Assembly: GCA_028534125.1 (NCBI GenBank)
Contig: CM052817.1
Coordinates: 37,140,001-37,204,000 of the forward strand
DNA length: 64,000 bases
Origin: Lama glama
Taxonomy: Eukaryota
Direction: 5' to 3'
Of this stretch, positions 38,290-51,959 are shown in pieces. The notes beneath the pieces are model-generated. The model was not told the DNA's origin. It made no database searches and saw only the letters and a list, made by a program, of their open reading frames with translations. Each line of letters opens with the position of its first letter. Within the stretch, counting starts at the first letter, position 1. A program made the position numbers and the translations under genes.

Positions 38290-40850
38290 TTTTTCTAAGT
38301 ACGTAATCTGGTGGTTTTGAGTATTTTCACATAATTGTGCAACCATCACCACTATATAATTCCCAGTCATTCTCCACTCCCTGACAACCACTAATCTGTT
38401 TTTGAGCTATATAGATTTGTTGTTCTGACCACTGCATTTAAATGGAATCATAGGAAATGTGGCCTTTTGCATCTGATTTCATTCATTTACCATACTATTC
38501 CCAAGATTTATCCATTTGTTGCCTTTATCAGTACTTCATTTCTTTTTATGACTAAATAATATTTCTTGTATGGACATACCACATTGTGTTTATTCACAGT
38601 TGATGGACATTCTAGTTGTTTCCAGCTTGGGGCTATTACAAATAATGCTGTTATGAGTATTTATATAAAAGTTTTTGTATGGACATAAGGTTTCAATTCT
38701 CTTGGGTAAATAACCTGGAGTGGAATAGCTGTGGCATGTGATAAGTCAACTTTTAACTTTTTTGAGGAATTGCCAAACTGTTTTTAAAGGTGGTTGCACC
38801 ATTTTGCATTCCCATTAGCAATGTGTGAAGTTTCCCATTCTCTACATCCATGTCAACACTTGTTATTGTTTATCATTTTTATTACAACCGTCACTGTATG
38901 TATGAAGTGGTATCTCATTGTAGGTTTGATTAGCAATTTTGCTAATGACTAATGGTGTTAGGCATTTTTTCATATGCTTTTTGGCCATTTGTATATCTTT
39001 GGAGAAATGTTTATTCAAGTCCTTTGCCCATTTTAAAATTGGGTTGTCTTTTTATGGTAAGGATGTAAATATTCTTTATACATTTTTGATACAAGTTCCT
39101 AATCAAACATATTTTTTAGAAATGTTTTCTCCCGTTCTGTGAGTTGTCTTTTCACTTTCTTGATGGTATCCTTTGAAGTACAAAAATGTTTATTGTTGGG
39201 GAAGCCCAGTTTTTATAACTTTGCCTTTTATTACTTGTGCTTTTGTTGTTGTAGCTAAAAACCATTGTCTAATCCAAAGCCACAAAGATTTATGCCTAGA
39301 TTTTCTAAGAGTTTTATAGTTTTTATTTTTACATTTAGATCTTTGATCTATTTTGAGTTAATTTTTGTGTGTAGTACGAGATAGGCGTCCAAATTCATTC
39401 TTTTGCATGTGAATATCCACTGTGTTTATCCTCTGCCAGTACCACACTGTCTTGATTACTATTATTATTATAGTTTTATGGTAAATTTTAAAATTGGGAA
39501 ATGTGAATCCTCCAACTTTGTTCTTTTTTTGAAGATGATTTTAGCTATTCTGTGTGCCTTGCATTTCCATATGAACTTTAGAATCGGCTTGTCAATTTCT
39601 ACATGAGACATTTTTCCATTTATTTAGGTCCTCTTTCATTTCTTTCCATGTGTTTTATAGCTTTTAGTGTACAAGTTTTATAAATGTATCTTCTTTGAAG
39701 CTATTTTAAATGAAATTATTTTCTTAATTTTGTTTTTGGATTGTTCATTCTAGTGTTTAGAAATACAACTGATTTTTGTGTATTGATCTTGTATCTTGGA
39801 AACTTGCTGAAATCATTTATTAGCTCTAATACTTTGTGTGTATGTGTACTCCTTAGGTTTTTCCATATACAAAATTATGTTATCTGTAAATGGACCAATT
39901 TTTACTTCTTCCTTTCCAGTTTGGATGTCTTTCATTTCTCTTTCTTGGCTAATTGCCCTGGATAAACCTCCAGTAGAATGTTGAATAGAAGTGGCAAGAG
40001 GGCACATCCTTGTTCCTGATATTAGGGGAAATCTGTTAGTCTCTCACTGTTAAGTGGTTTTTCATAGACAGTCTTTGTCAGGATGAGGAAATTCTCTTCT
40101 ATATCTAGTTGGTTGTATGTTTTTATTATGAAACGGCAATTAGATTTTTTCAAGTACTTTTTCTGCATCTATTGAGATAATTTTTCCCCTTTGTTCTTTA
40201 ATATGGTATATAAAATTAATTGATTTTTATATGTTGAATTATCCTTACATTCCTGAGACAAAAATCCCACTTGGTCATGGTGTACAATTTTTTTTTTAAA
40301 TATAATACTGGCTTCAATTCACTAGTATTTGGTGAGAATCTTTGCAACTATATTCATAAAGGAAATTGGCCTATAGTTTTCTTTTATTATGATGTCTTTT
40401 TGGTAGCAGAGTAATACTAGCTTCATAGAATCAGTTGGGAAGTTGGGACAAATCTAGGAATCTGTCCATTTCACATAAGTTATCTAGACCTATAATTGGC
40501 ATATAATTTTCATAATATTCCCTTATAATGTTTTTCTAATTTCTGTATGGTTGGTAGTAATGGCTATACTTTCTTTTCTGATTTTAGTAATTTGAGTTTT
40601 CCTTCTTTTGTTTTTGGTCAGTCTTACAAAAGCTTTGTCATTTTGTTGATCTTTTTCAAAAAAACAAATGTAGGTTTCTTTGATTTTCTCTTTTGTTTTT
40701 ATATTCTCTATTTCGTATAATTCCAGTCGGTTATTATTTCCTTCCCTTTGCTTGCTTTCAGTTTAATTTTCTCTTCATTTTCTAGTTCCCTAAGGCATAT
40801 AATTAGGTTATTGATTCAAGACCTTTCTTCTTACCTAATGTAGGCACAGA
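38290..40850 (-). mobile_element. Old L1M element with internal deletions
   Basis: L1 3' UTR plus ORF2 remnants (RAISQEREMKDIQTGKEEVKIGPFTDNIILYMEKP). Confidence 0.88.
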
Positions 40851-40894
40851 TATAATATTTTTCCTGCTCTAAAAACATGCTTATTAAGAAATTA

Positions 40895-41144
40895 TTGGGG
40901 GTGGAGGGTGGGAAGGAATAGACTGGATTTCAAAATTGTAGAATAGATAAACAAGATTATACTGTACAGCATAGGGAAATATATACAAGATCTTATGGTA
41001 GCTCACAGAGAAAAAAATGTGACAATGAATATATATATGTTCATGTATAACTGAAAAATTGTGCTCTACATTGGAATTTGACACAACATTGTAAAATTAT
41101 TATAAATCAATTTTAAAAAGTTAAAAAATAAACAGCTATAAAAA
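40895..41144 (+). mobile_element. Short 5'-truncated L1 3' end with TSD
   Basis: G-rich L1 3' UTR, then tttgacacaacattgtaaa and an A tail; TSD aagaaatta at 40886-40894 and 41145-41153. Confidence 0.85.
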
Positions 41145-43572
41145 AAGAAATTACTAAAGGCTAAATGCATGAAATATAAGATACAATGCTTAGCCTCCAA
41201 GGACCTAAAAACTACAGGATACAGTTTTTCTTTCCTGAAGGGAGAGCAAAAACAGAACTCCTTATCATTACTAATGTTAAATTTGTGTTATTATCTTTAA
41301 TATACCAACTAAAAGCTATCAAGCCTATCAGAAGTAGGATATAAATGATAAACATATAACTTATAATCTATCACTACATTAATGTCTCCCTGTACATCAG
41401 CCAGTATTTTCCTTATTCCCATGCTGATATAACTATCTCAGTCCAGTGATTTATTTAACCAATGCTTGCATCAGTATGTCGTTTATTAAGCCTTCCAATG
41501 AAACAAACTAGAACTAGGCTAACTTTCTGTTCTCCTACTTATGTTTTTTAAAAACAATTTTGGAAGAAAGTTCCTATTGAGAACAGCTAAGTAAACAAAA
41601 ATTTTAAGTAAGAAATATATATTGGCAAGTATCTCATCATTCTAATCCCAACTCAAAGACAACTTTTCTTCGAAGTCTTTCCTGATCGTCTGGAAAATTA
41701 TGTGTCTCCATAACCTTCCAATATGTTCTTTTACAGGATTTGCTGTGTGCTATTGTTATTGTTTGTGTTATTGTAGTGTCTTCCCTGGTAGGCTGTTAAA
41801 CAGTGAGTTCTGGAAGGGTGGTGGGCACGCTTTACTCATCACTGTGTCACCAGGGCCTGACACAGAACCTGGGACCCACGCTGTTTTTCTGGGAACATGG
41901 CTACCAGTCAGTTCTAGGATTTCAACCACCAGGATATGTGGCACTTTGGAAGTTTGTTTCACATCTGTCACCTTCTCATTTACCCTCTCATTGTCAGAGT
42001 TTGGCACTGTCACTGTCATCTTCACTTTAAAATTAGAGGCAGACAGTACAGAGAAGTCAAATGATTTTCCAAAAGTCACATAATGAATAAGTCTACTCTA
42101 TAAATATATTTTCAGTCATCAATGGTCTAAAACGATGTTATGCTCTTCCCTCAGACTGCTCCCATAAGATGTCAATTAACGAATCAAGTTCATGCTTTTC
42201 ATACTATAAGGCAAATATTCCTAAAGTAGAAGGAAGAGTAACGACTTTTCCACGAAACCCTAGAAGACTAGTGTTGTTTTAAACTTTTCTTTTAACATAG
42301 TGTCAAAGCTAACTTTTAGAGAGAGCCATTTTTTTCCCCTTCTTTTCCATTTCTTCCACCTTGGAGGGAGAATACTTCCTTCACTACTGCTCCTTAACCA
42401 GGATAGTCCAGCAGAGGGAGTCCAAGCGTTTTACAGCTATTACTGTGGTGCCTTCGCTTCCTCCCACTGTGCCTATCCCAAAGACAAATTTGGGCCTAAT
42501 TCTGGTGCCAAGTGATTGAATGGGTCTGGCTTTCCCCTGGGGTTACATGAAGAGTTGGTAGGGTTTGAAAAGTCTAAAGAGAGAGACTCTGTATTTTATC
42601 ACACATCTCTATATTCCATTAAGGAAATCATATTTAAATAACAACATGAAGTATAGAGCATAATTTGTAATACTTGATTTGCTATAGTTAGAGATCATGA
42701 TAATTAAATTATAAAAACCATGCTTTCCCCCCTCCAAAGGTACTCAATTCATCTCAAAGGATGACGCAAGAATATTTTTACATTTTTTTCATTTAGCAGA
42801 TCAAATACTTAAACATCTCTCTACATCCACAATACGGACCCAGAACACATCCCACTCCAAATCTAGTGATCCTTCCAAGAGCTGAATGTGCTTGTGGTAA
42901 ATTGTTGGCTTGCCTGTGTTTTGGGTAATTTATGCAACATCTAAATAATAACAAAGAATGCATTGTGGAGTGCTTCTAAAAGATTCATTTAGCTTGAAAT
43001 AAGCACTTTAAAATTTTTTTAATAAATTAAACAATAAAAAAAGAGGTGGAAAATACTGATTATCTTCTATAGGCTGGCTATGGTGTAGGCATAAATTGTT
43101 CTTGGAGGAAGAATAACCAACCGAGTGACAAAAAGCAATGAGATCATAACCTCCGGCTAGTATTACAACTGCAGTGTCTTCCTACAACTGTCCTTATGAA
43201 CAGAAACAAGGCAGATCATAAAAAAGAGAAAAGAATGACCAATGAGTTCATCCTTATTATTAATCAGAGAAATAAAATTATTGGTAAGGGCTTCGAAAAG
43301 AAAACAGAGGTGATAAAGTTGTCAGGAAATAAATAATCTCGTACATCGCTGGTAGGAGCCACTTAGGTAAGATGTCAGAAATCTTTTGAATTTATGTGCC
43401 CTCTGATGTAGCAGTTCCACTTTGCGGGAAATATCTTCGTGATTTAGCTACAAGTTATACAACCTATTAATTTTTTTTTGAAAGCAGAAAAACTCAAAAT
43501 AGCTAAAAATGAAAGCTTGATTAAAGGAACAGTAGTAGTAAGTCGACACAATGAAACAGTCTGCAATCATTT

Positions 43573-43717
43573 AAAAAAATTTTTTTGTTTTATTTTGACT
43601 TGGTGGGGAAGGTAATTATGTTTATTTAATTATTGTAATGGAGGTACTGGGGATTGAACTCAGGACCTCGTGCATGCTAAGGGGGCACTCTATCACTGAG
43701 CCATACCCGCCCCCAAC
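43573..43717 (-). mobile_element. tRNA-derived SINE (vic-1 type), antisense
   Basis: ggaggtactggggattgaactcaggacctcgtgcatgcta ... ctgagccatacccgcccc; 13-bp TSD tctgcaatcattt at 43560-43572 and 43718-43730. Confidence 0.88.
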
Positions 43718-44006
43718 TCTGCAATCATTTTTAAATGTTGTTAAATATAAATATTTTTGACTTGGCAAGTGATTTAGCATATATTATTAGGTGGGGGAGA
43801 AAAGCAGTTAAAAATTAATTCATGTAAAGAAAAGTTCCAACAATGGCAGCAGAGAGTGATGTGACAGAAAGAGTATCCTAGGGCCACCTGTCAAAGAGAT
43901 TAAATCCCTGGATTTTGCTCCACACCTCAGAATATTAGCAATGATACACTTGGTGACCATGGGCATCAGCCCATAGAAATTCTGAAGAAGCACAATTACA
44001 ATGTGG

Positions 44007-44385
44007 CGTTATGGGCTGAATTGTATCCCCTCAATCCCCTCAAAAGAGATGAATATGACTTTATTTGGAAATAGGGTCTCTGCAGATGTAATCAAATTAA
44101 AATGAAGCCATTAGAGTGGACCCTAATCCAATGATTGATGACTTTATAACAAGAGGGAAAAGCCATGTGGAGAGAGACACGCACAAGAAGAATGCCACGT
44201 GATGAAAGAGGCAGAGATTGAGTGGTGCAGCTGCAAGCCGAGAACACCAAGGATTGATGGCCATTATCAGTACTTAGGAAAGGGCAAGAAGGATCCTACC
44301 CAGAGCCTTTAGAAGGAGCATGGCCTTCCCTCGATTTTGGACTTCTAAACTCTAGAACTATGAGATAATAAACTTTTGTTGTTTA
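44007..44385 (+). mobile_element. MLT1B/C-like MaLR LTR
   Basis: gttatgggctgaattgtatcccc ... ttatttggaaatagggtctctgcagatgtaatc ... gaggcagagattg ... agaactatgagataataaacttttgttgtttaa. Confidence 0.85.
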
Positions 44386-44719
44386 AAAAAAGAGAAAATG
44401 TTCCAAAAGAATACACAGCAAGATATTAACAGTTGCTATCTTAGAATAGTGGTGTCATTTTTATTGTCTCATTTTTTTCAACAATAAATAATGTTACTTT
44501 TATAATAAGTTAAAATAACACTACCATTTATTTTTAGTTTTAAAAATGTCTCTGTAATTTTTCTCAGGTAGGTCAAAAACAGGTTTAGTAACAAGAAAGC
44601 AAAGGAAGAGGAAAGTATCAGGACAGAGAAGTTATATCAAGCAAAGCACATCCTTGTATATTCATTCCTGCCACAAGTGGGCTGGATGTCATTGTTGATA
44701 TCACAACATTCTACCTTAG

Positions 44720-45050
44720 AAGTAAACTTGAAGAATTTAAGTCAGTATTTCACTTGGGAAGTGATTCCAAGAAGCAGCTACAGAGAGGGAGAGGGAGAAA
44801 GGGAAGGAAGCTAATTAAGGATGAATTATCATGCAGCTCCCCCTGTGGGCAGCTGGGCTCAATCCCCAGGGAAATTCTGGGAAACCCTGTAGAAGATACC
44901 TCAGAGTTGCCCCCCATCAGATAGGTGAAGTTGCTTGATTTTTAGTCACTAACTCCCTTCAGTCACTGTTTGAGAGCTGCTCAGGGGGAGATTGGAGACA
45001 ACGAACTTCCCAGCACATCTAGCCTCCCCTGACTTTTGGGTTAATGAGGC
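44720..45050 (-). mobile_element. LTR16-like fragment
   Basis: ttgggaagtgattccaagaagca ... ctgtgggcagctgggctcaatcccc ... cagtcactgtttgagagctgctc. Confidence 0.55.
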
Positions 45051-45624
45051 AGACAGAAAAAAAAAAAAAATGGATAGAGTTGCAGGTGTCTGCTGATGGA
45101 TGTGTATGTTTGATCTGCATGCCCCACTATCCAACTTCAGGAATAGCCCTACAGACACATCTAGATTTCTTGTGCTTTCTAAAGCTGATTTTAAGTGATT
45201 TTTTTCCCCTTGAGTGCCCACAAAATAATATGAAGGTATAAGCATCCTCTGAAGCAGGTAGGGGGTGGGGATAAAAAGAGGAAGGGAATCAAGAAGATTA
45301 CAGTTTGTTTCAACTGGTCTGTGCTAAACACTCTGTTAGGTGCTATGGGAGATTGAAAAGTGTAACTAATTAATTCTGGTCCACAGAGGTTACAATATAA
45401 CAGAATATTTATATACATTTGAAGCATTTCGGTGGCAATAAAGGATGTATATAATTGTCAGTATGGCTGATAGAACTGAAAATGCTAACTGAAGAGAGAG
45501 GCATTTCCCTATTTAAAAGTAGGTCACACACTTGAATCCCAGACCAGACCAGAGGATTATACGATAGTTGAAAATGAGGGCATTCTAGGTGATAAACCCA
45601 GCATGAGCAAAAATGTCATAGTAG

Positions 45625-46940
45625 GTGGCTGACTATCTTCCAGTTGTCTCTCTTCATCCCTCTTCACCCTTCTCTGTCCGGCTTTGTGCCAGAAAAGCTG
45701 ACCTTTAGGGATAAAATTCACAGACTTCCTTGTCCTCTGGCTTCCAGCAGCTGCCTTTGTCAGGGGGTGTCATGTGAAGTCAAAGAGAAGGAGAAGGAGA
45801 CTGGGGTATCTCTACCCTAGCTCCCATCCTGGAGGGTGCCACAAGTGAGCTGCTTTCCTTTACCAAGGCTTTATTTTATATATTTTTTTTAATTGAAGTA
45901 TAGTTGATTTCCAGTGTTAGTTTCTGGTTACAGCAAAGTGATTCAGTTATACATATATATAGTCTCTTTTCATATTCTTTTCCATTATGGTTTATTACAA
46001 GATATTGAATGTAGTTCCCTGTGCCATACAGTAGGACCTTGTTGTTTACCTATTCTGTATATAGTAGTTAGTACCTGCAAATCTCAAACTCCAATTTCTC
46101 TCTCCAACCACCTCATTTCCCTGCCCTAGTAACCATAAGTTTGTTTTCTATGTCTGTGGTCCTATTTCTATTTTGTAAGTAAGTTCATTTTTGTCCTTTC
46201 TTAAAGATTCCACAAGTAAGTGATATCATACGGTATTTTTCTTTCTCTTTCTGGCTTACTTCATTTAGTATGATAATCTCCAGGTCCATCCGTGTTGCTG
46301 CAAATGGCATTATTTCATTGTTTTATGGCTGAGTAGTATTCCATTATATTTATACAACACATCTTCTTTGTCCATTCATCTGTTAATGGATATTTAGGTT
46401 GTTTCCATGTCTTGGCTATTGTAAATAGTGCCTCTATGAGCATTGGGGTGTATATATCTTTTCAGATTAGCATATTGTCTGGATATATGCCCAGGAGTGG
46501 GCATATAGTAACTCTATTTTTAATTTTTAAAGAAATCTCCATACTGTTTTCCATAGTGGCTACACCAAACTACATTCCCACCAACAGTGTTGGAGGGTTC
46601 TCTTTTCTCTACGCCCTCTCCAGCATTTATTATTTTTAGACTTTTTAATGACTGCCATTCTGACTGGTGTGGGGTGATACCTCCTTGTAGTTTTGATTTG
46701 CATTTCTCTGACAATTAGCATTGAGCATTTTTTCATGTGCCTAATGGTAACAAGGCTTTATTATAATCAACAGACCTCTCCACACAGCTTTCTCTCCTCT
46801 CCAGTTTCTGGCAATTGCTCCCTTACTAACTCAGGAGTACTACATTTAGACTTTTTTTAAGTGTTTCCTAGAAACTGTCCACACTTTTATTCCATTTGCC
46901 TCAAATGATTCCTTGATTGTACTCTGAGTTTTCTGCCAGC
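45625..46940 (+). mobile_element. LTR33-like ERVL LTR split by a younger L1
   Basis: cttccttgtcctctggcttccag ... ggggtatctctaccctagctccc, resuming after the L1 with tttctggcaattgctccctt. Confidence 0.55.
45876..46750 (-). mobile_element. 5'-truncated L1 (~0.87 kb) with TSD
   Basis: L1 3' terminus aattgaagtatagttgattt; ORF2 tail [22 protein letters not shown] caaggctttatt at 45864-45875 and 46751-46762. Confidence 0.92.
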
Positions 46941-49900
46941 AGCCTGCCAGTGGGGTCCTTGAGAGGAGAGAGAAGCGAAACATTTGGTAGAGCTTGAGGA
47001 AAGGGTTCACACCGAGGAGAGGCAGGTAAGATGGATGTTTCTTTCTCTAAAGAAAAATGGTATTCCATGTTTAAGGACAACATTCTGAGTAAAGTCTAAA
47101 AATTCTTGACTGATATGTAAATAAATGACTGCTTGCCAATGCAGCACAGGTGATCATATGTCTTCTGTCCTGTGCACTCTTTGGCCTCATCTGTTTTCTG
47201 CTCAACAGCTGTGAGCATAAAGCAGGGTCTTTCTGTGGTACCTCCATCCAGGTAGGCACATATCCAATCACGTTCTGGACTTCCGTGACTCAAGTCTCAG
47301 CTGATGATGAAAGTAGCAACTGAAACTTCCCAGACAGGCTGAACAACAGGCTATTCTGTTCTAATAATCCAATTTTGCCTCTGAGGAAATTGGCTGGAGG
47401 CTCTTCTTTTGGTTCTGCTTCCTTGAAAAAGAAATGCAGTTATAACAATTTCTCTTTTTCAATCTGGCTTATAAACTCCCAAGGAGAATCACTTACAAAG
47501 AGGATCTGAAAATTTAAGCTTTCAGCACCATCCGTGCAAGGATTTGGGGTGCATGAGTTCTAGACTGTGGCTGCATTACAGTCAGCAACCGTTGAGGGAA
47601 AAGAATGACATCATCATCACAAGGCTGTAACATGATAACCTCAAAATATTGTCTTAAAGCTTCTGTGCAAAATGATCCAGGCCGAGGGAAGTAAATCCAC
47701 ATACCCCGCCTGATTGGTCCGCCCTGGTTTCTCTCTTTCCATCAATGGTTTTCATCTGCTGATCTCTTCACAGCTCCTGACTGCTGTAACTCCTTCTCCA
47801 CTGACCCCGTGCAAGGACCCCAGTCCTAAATTGCTAATTAAAGTAGGAAAGAAAGCCTGCAAGCCTGGGCAGGCCACTGTGCCAGTTCCAGAATTTGGAA
47901 GCAGCTACATTTTGTTTATCACATACAAATATCATCCTTTTTATAGCTGGAACTTCCAACCCTGAAAGGCCTGTAGTGGGACTGTTCTGGAGGTTTAGTT
48001 CAGTGGTCATCAGGGACTTAGGCTCTTTCTGTCATTCTTCCACCATCCTGTAGATGACTTTCACCCTCAAAGAGCCTCATAGTCCAAGGTGGTTGCTAAA
48101 ACTCAAGCTGTTACTTCCAGGAAGAAAGAAGAAAGAGCGAAATATTTGGTAGAGCTAAATCAGTTCTCTTTAAGCAGCCATCCCCAAAGTCCCATGCAAC
48201 ACGTGTGCTTATACCTTATGAACAGAACTTCGTCCGTCAGGGAACCTGACAAATGATCTGTTAGCTGAGAACTTAGTCATCTCCCCAAAAACACTGGGAT
48301 TCTTTTTATTCATGAAGACTGTACTGCAAGAAGATACTGTTTAAGCAGCTACAAATATCTGCCATGCTGCATTTATTTTAATGGAAAAAAAAACCTTTCA
48401 GAGGTAGATTTCTTTATGAGAATGTGAAGATATCAGAAAGCTAATGTAATTGACATCTATATCTGAATGAAAGAAGTACTTTTCATAGAGACCATACATT
48501 TGGAATAATATTGGAATTGAAACACAATTACATTTGTATCACTGGGCCACTTTCTACATGTTAAAAACTCACCACTGCTGGTAATTTTCAAAAGAAACAA
48601 ATTTCACTGGCAGTGACTATACCAAAGATGCCTTCTGTTTTAGCTCCATCTACTGACCCACCCCCAAACTACCCAAAATAAATATAAATCACTCTAAATA
48701 AGAACAGTGTACCTGCTTTGTAACCATATCCTCAAGTAATGTCTTATAGCCAAAGCTGCACGCCCACTGTTTCCATTCAAATTTTACTCAAATTCTCTGC
48801 TATATAAATATTCTGGAGCCACCAGTGAGAATTAGCCATCATGCTTTAAGAAGCAGAGTTGAAGAGTTGCAATGGAGACCTTAAGGTCCACAAGCTTAAA
48901 CTAATTTCTTTACAGAAAATATTTGGTGAGTCCTTTATTGCACAAAGTTGATATGCTTTTATTTATTTCTCTGGTATGTTAAACAGCTACTCTATATCAA
49001 GTCTGTGCTCCTACTTTCTATTTAAGAAGCTTCCAGACAAATGAAAGAACAGATATCTAATGAAAATGCTCACCTGAGGGGCAGAAATAGGTTGCAATGT
49101 GAGTACAGATAGGAAGCACTAATCCAGAATAGAGAGGAGGGGAGCTGTCACCAGGAGAGACTTCCTGACGAAAAACGGTATCTAGGCTGATATTGGATGG
49201 TGAGTAGGAGAGAGTGAACCAGGCAAAGAGGGAGAAGGCACAGCGATCATGAAGGCTCAGGGAGAAATCAGGGAAATTCAAATATTACAGAGAGGAGAAT
49301 GAAAAAGAGGTCAGCCAAGGTTCAGAGATACTTGTGTCAGATTAATGGCAAGGATAATGGATGGAAGGACTGTCAAAAATTTACTGAAATAGCTTAAGAT
49401 AGGCCGCTAGGCTGAGGCCAGAAAATGCAGCCATCCAGAGTATGGTGGGGCCAAAGGCAGGAAGTGATTGCTGTTATGGGAGCTGAAGCACCACAGTAAA
49501 GGCTGCGGGGGAAGGTGAGAAAATAGAAGTTGAGATGTGGGAAGAAAGGTTAACTGCACACCAGTGACTCTGACCTGGACAGGAGGGGTGGTCTTGCTGG
49601 GGGTGTTCAGACTCTTTAAGGAATTTTTCATAGTTACGCAGCTGTCCAGGGAACTGCTCTCTGACTGAAAGCTTCGCCTCCACTACAAATGAAAATAAAA
49701 TGGTCCTCTTCATTAATCTTTCCAAATTCCTCTGCAGGCCACATGTGAAAATGCTTCTGGGGATTAGAAAGCCTTTTATTCCAGGATTAGAGATAAAGAC
49801 TTAAAATACAAATGTCAATTGAGGTTAAACATTGCAATTTATTTGGACCAAAGTACAACAGTGAGCCAACAGATATCAGATCCTTTCCAGTTTTGATTTA

Positions 49901-50055
49901 TGGAACTTTAGGGAAGGGAAGGAGCCTCTAACAAAAGGTCCTTACTTCTTATGACTAGTCTTGTTCTCAAGTGAAGCTAGGGAGGAATGAATAAAAACTA
50001 AGAAGGTATTTTTGTCATATTTATGAAATGTGTGTTCTTTTCTTTCAGTTGAGGT

Positions 50056-50588
50056 TGTAGCTGAGGAAGAAGTTTCCTGAACCCTCCTAGGGTCTCTGTC
50101 TATGCCTGAAAATTAAGCAAAGACAGATTAACAGGATAAAGGCATACAAATTTTATTGAATTTTTACATGTACATCAGAGACTTCAGTACATTAAAGAGA
50201 ATGAATACCCAAGGTGACCAGAGCAGTAAGCTTTTACACCTTTCAGACAAAAAAACAATGTATTTGTGAAGAATTGACCAATGTGGTCTGGGCTAGGGTT
50301 AGTAAATGGTAAAGAAGTAACTAGGAAGATAAGATTAGTTTAACAAGGTTGTTTATATAGACTTCTTAGCCCTAAACTCCATCTCTGGCAATAAGAATGT
50401 CTTCTTTTCTCCTGGTATAGGAAGGATATCTTTTGTATGGGAGTTTTATGACCTGTTTTGGGGAAGAAAAGTGAGGGGGGAAGGTAGAGTGACCTTCCTG
50501 CTTCTGCTGTTTTCTCAAATTTCTTCAGTTTAAGGTATTTGGTATGCCAAGGTGCCATACTTGGGGTAGCATGTTCTGAACCCTATCA
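50056..50588 (-). mobile_element. ERV1-class solo LTR (MER34/MER41-like)
   Basis: TG...CA termini with 4-bp TSD AGGT (50052-50055, 50589-50592); end tgccaaggtgccatacttggggtagcatgttctgaaccc. Confidence 0.82.
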
Positions 50589-51959
50589 AGGTGTATCTTG
50601 CTTTGTAAGATAGATATTTTTAAAAAGTAATTGAGGGCATTGTTGTTGATACATCACATTTTGGGGAAGGACTTTTCTCCCCAGTTTATTGTTATGTGGT
50701 TTGAGAATTTCAAGCAATTTTCAGAATTTTTGTCTGAATCCCCTCTCCCAAAAAAAGCTCTAGATTGGTATACTTTATATGGTCCCCACTCCTCCTGCCA
50801 CCTTTTGTGTACCTTTTTATTTCTCATTATCTGTTTATTTCTCTGTCTCCTCCACTGGATCTAAGTCTCCACAAGGTCAGGGACTATTCAGTTTTGTTCA
50901 CCGTGTATTTCCCAGTTCTTAGCTCAGGGTCTGGCATATAGTAGGTGCTCACTAAATATTCTTGAAAAAACGGTAACAAGATTAAAATATTGTGTATTTT
51001 TTTTTATGTAGTTAGTAACTACAAATAGTCTGCTTTGGGTATATCAATTAGCAGAGAAAAAGAGCAGTCCTGTTCTATAAGCATTTTATAGGAGACACTG
51101 AACATGCAATTAAAAAGAAAAGTTCAGATTATTAAAAAATTCTATTAGAACATGGTCTTACTAAATATGTAGTATTACATTATACTTCCACACAAATTTT
51201 ACAAGTTTTCTTCTGAGTGCACACTTTAGCTGGTCTTGTACTATTTTTCTAAGGGTGTTTGCATTTAATTTGCAAAATATAATGTTCTGCAGAGAAATGT
51301 TCTGAAGTATTAATACGTATTTCTACTTCTGCCATTTAAAAAAGGAAAAGTGACTTTTTCTCCTAGAAATGAATTTCAAATTGTCCTCTTGGGGTTTTTA
51401 CATAAGATGCTATTGTTAAAAAAAAAAAGCTTATTTCTAACAAAATCAATACAAACATACGTGTTTAATATTTATAAATCTACCTACGGTTGAGTTTATT
51501 CTGAAATAGATTCCTTGGATTGTGAAAGCTTGAGGTTACTCTAACAAAAAACACATTTAGGTGAATATCCTTCTTCCAAATTTGCTTTCTTTGCTCTCTC
51601 AAACTCCTCCCTCCTACATTTCATTGACTTTATTGAAAAATTAGCTTATTTCAGTATTTTTCCTTGCAACGGATTTCAGCAGTGAGCGCTTAGGTCAATC
51701 AACTGCTTCCTTAGGCTTACAATCTGTGGGCATGTATTTATAAACACCAGCTGTTTTGTATAGCCTTTGCAGAGCACGTGGAGAAAGTGACAGGAATAAA
51801 AGCCGAAGCCCTTTTTCCCTTTTTTTTTTTTTTTTTAATACTTAGACCCTAAGAACCCTCATCATGAGCAGGAGGAGATTTATTCTACTGCCAAGGAAGT
51901 AAAGAAACAGTTGACTCCAGAGGTATTTATGCTGTGACCTATCTAAAAATGTGTTCTGA

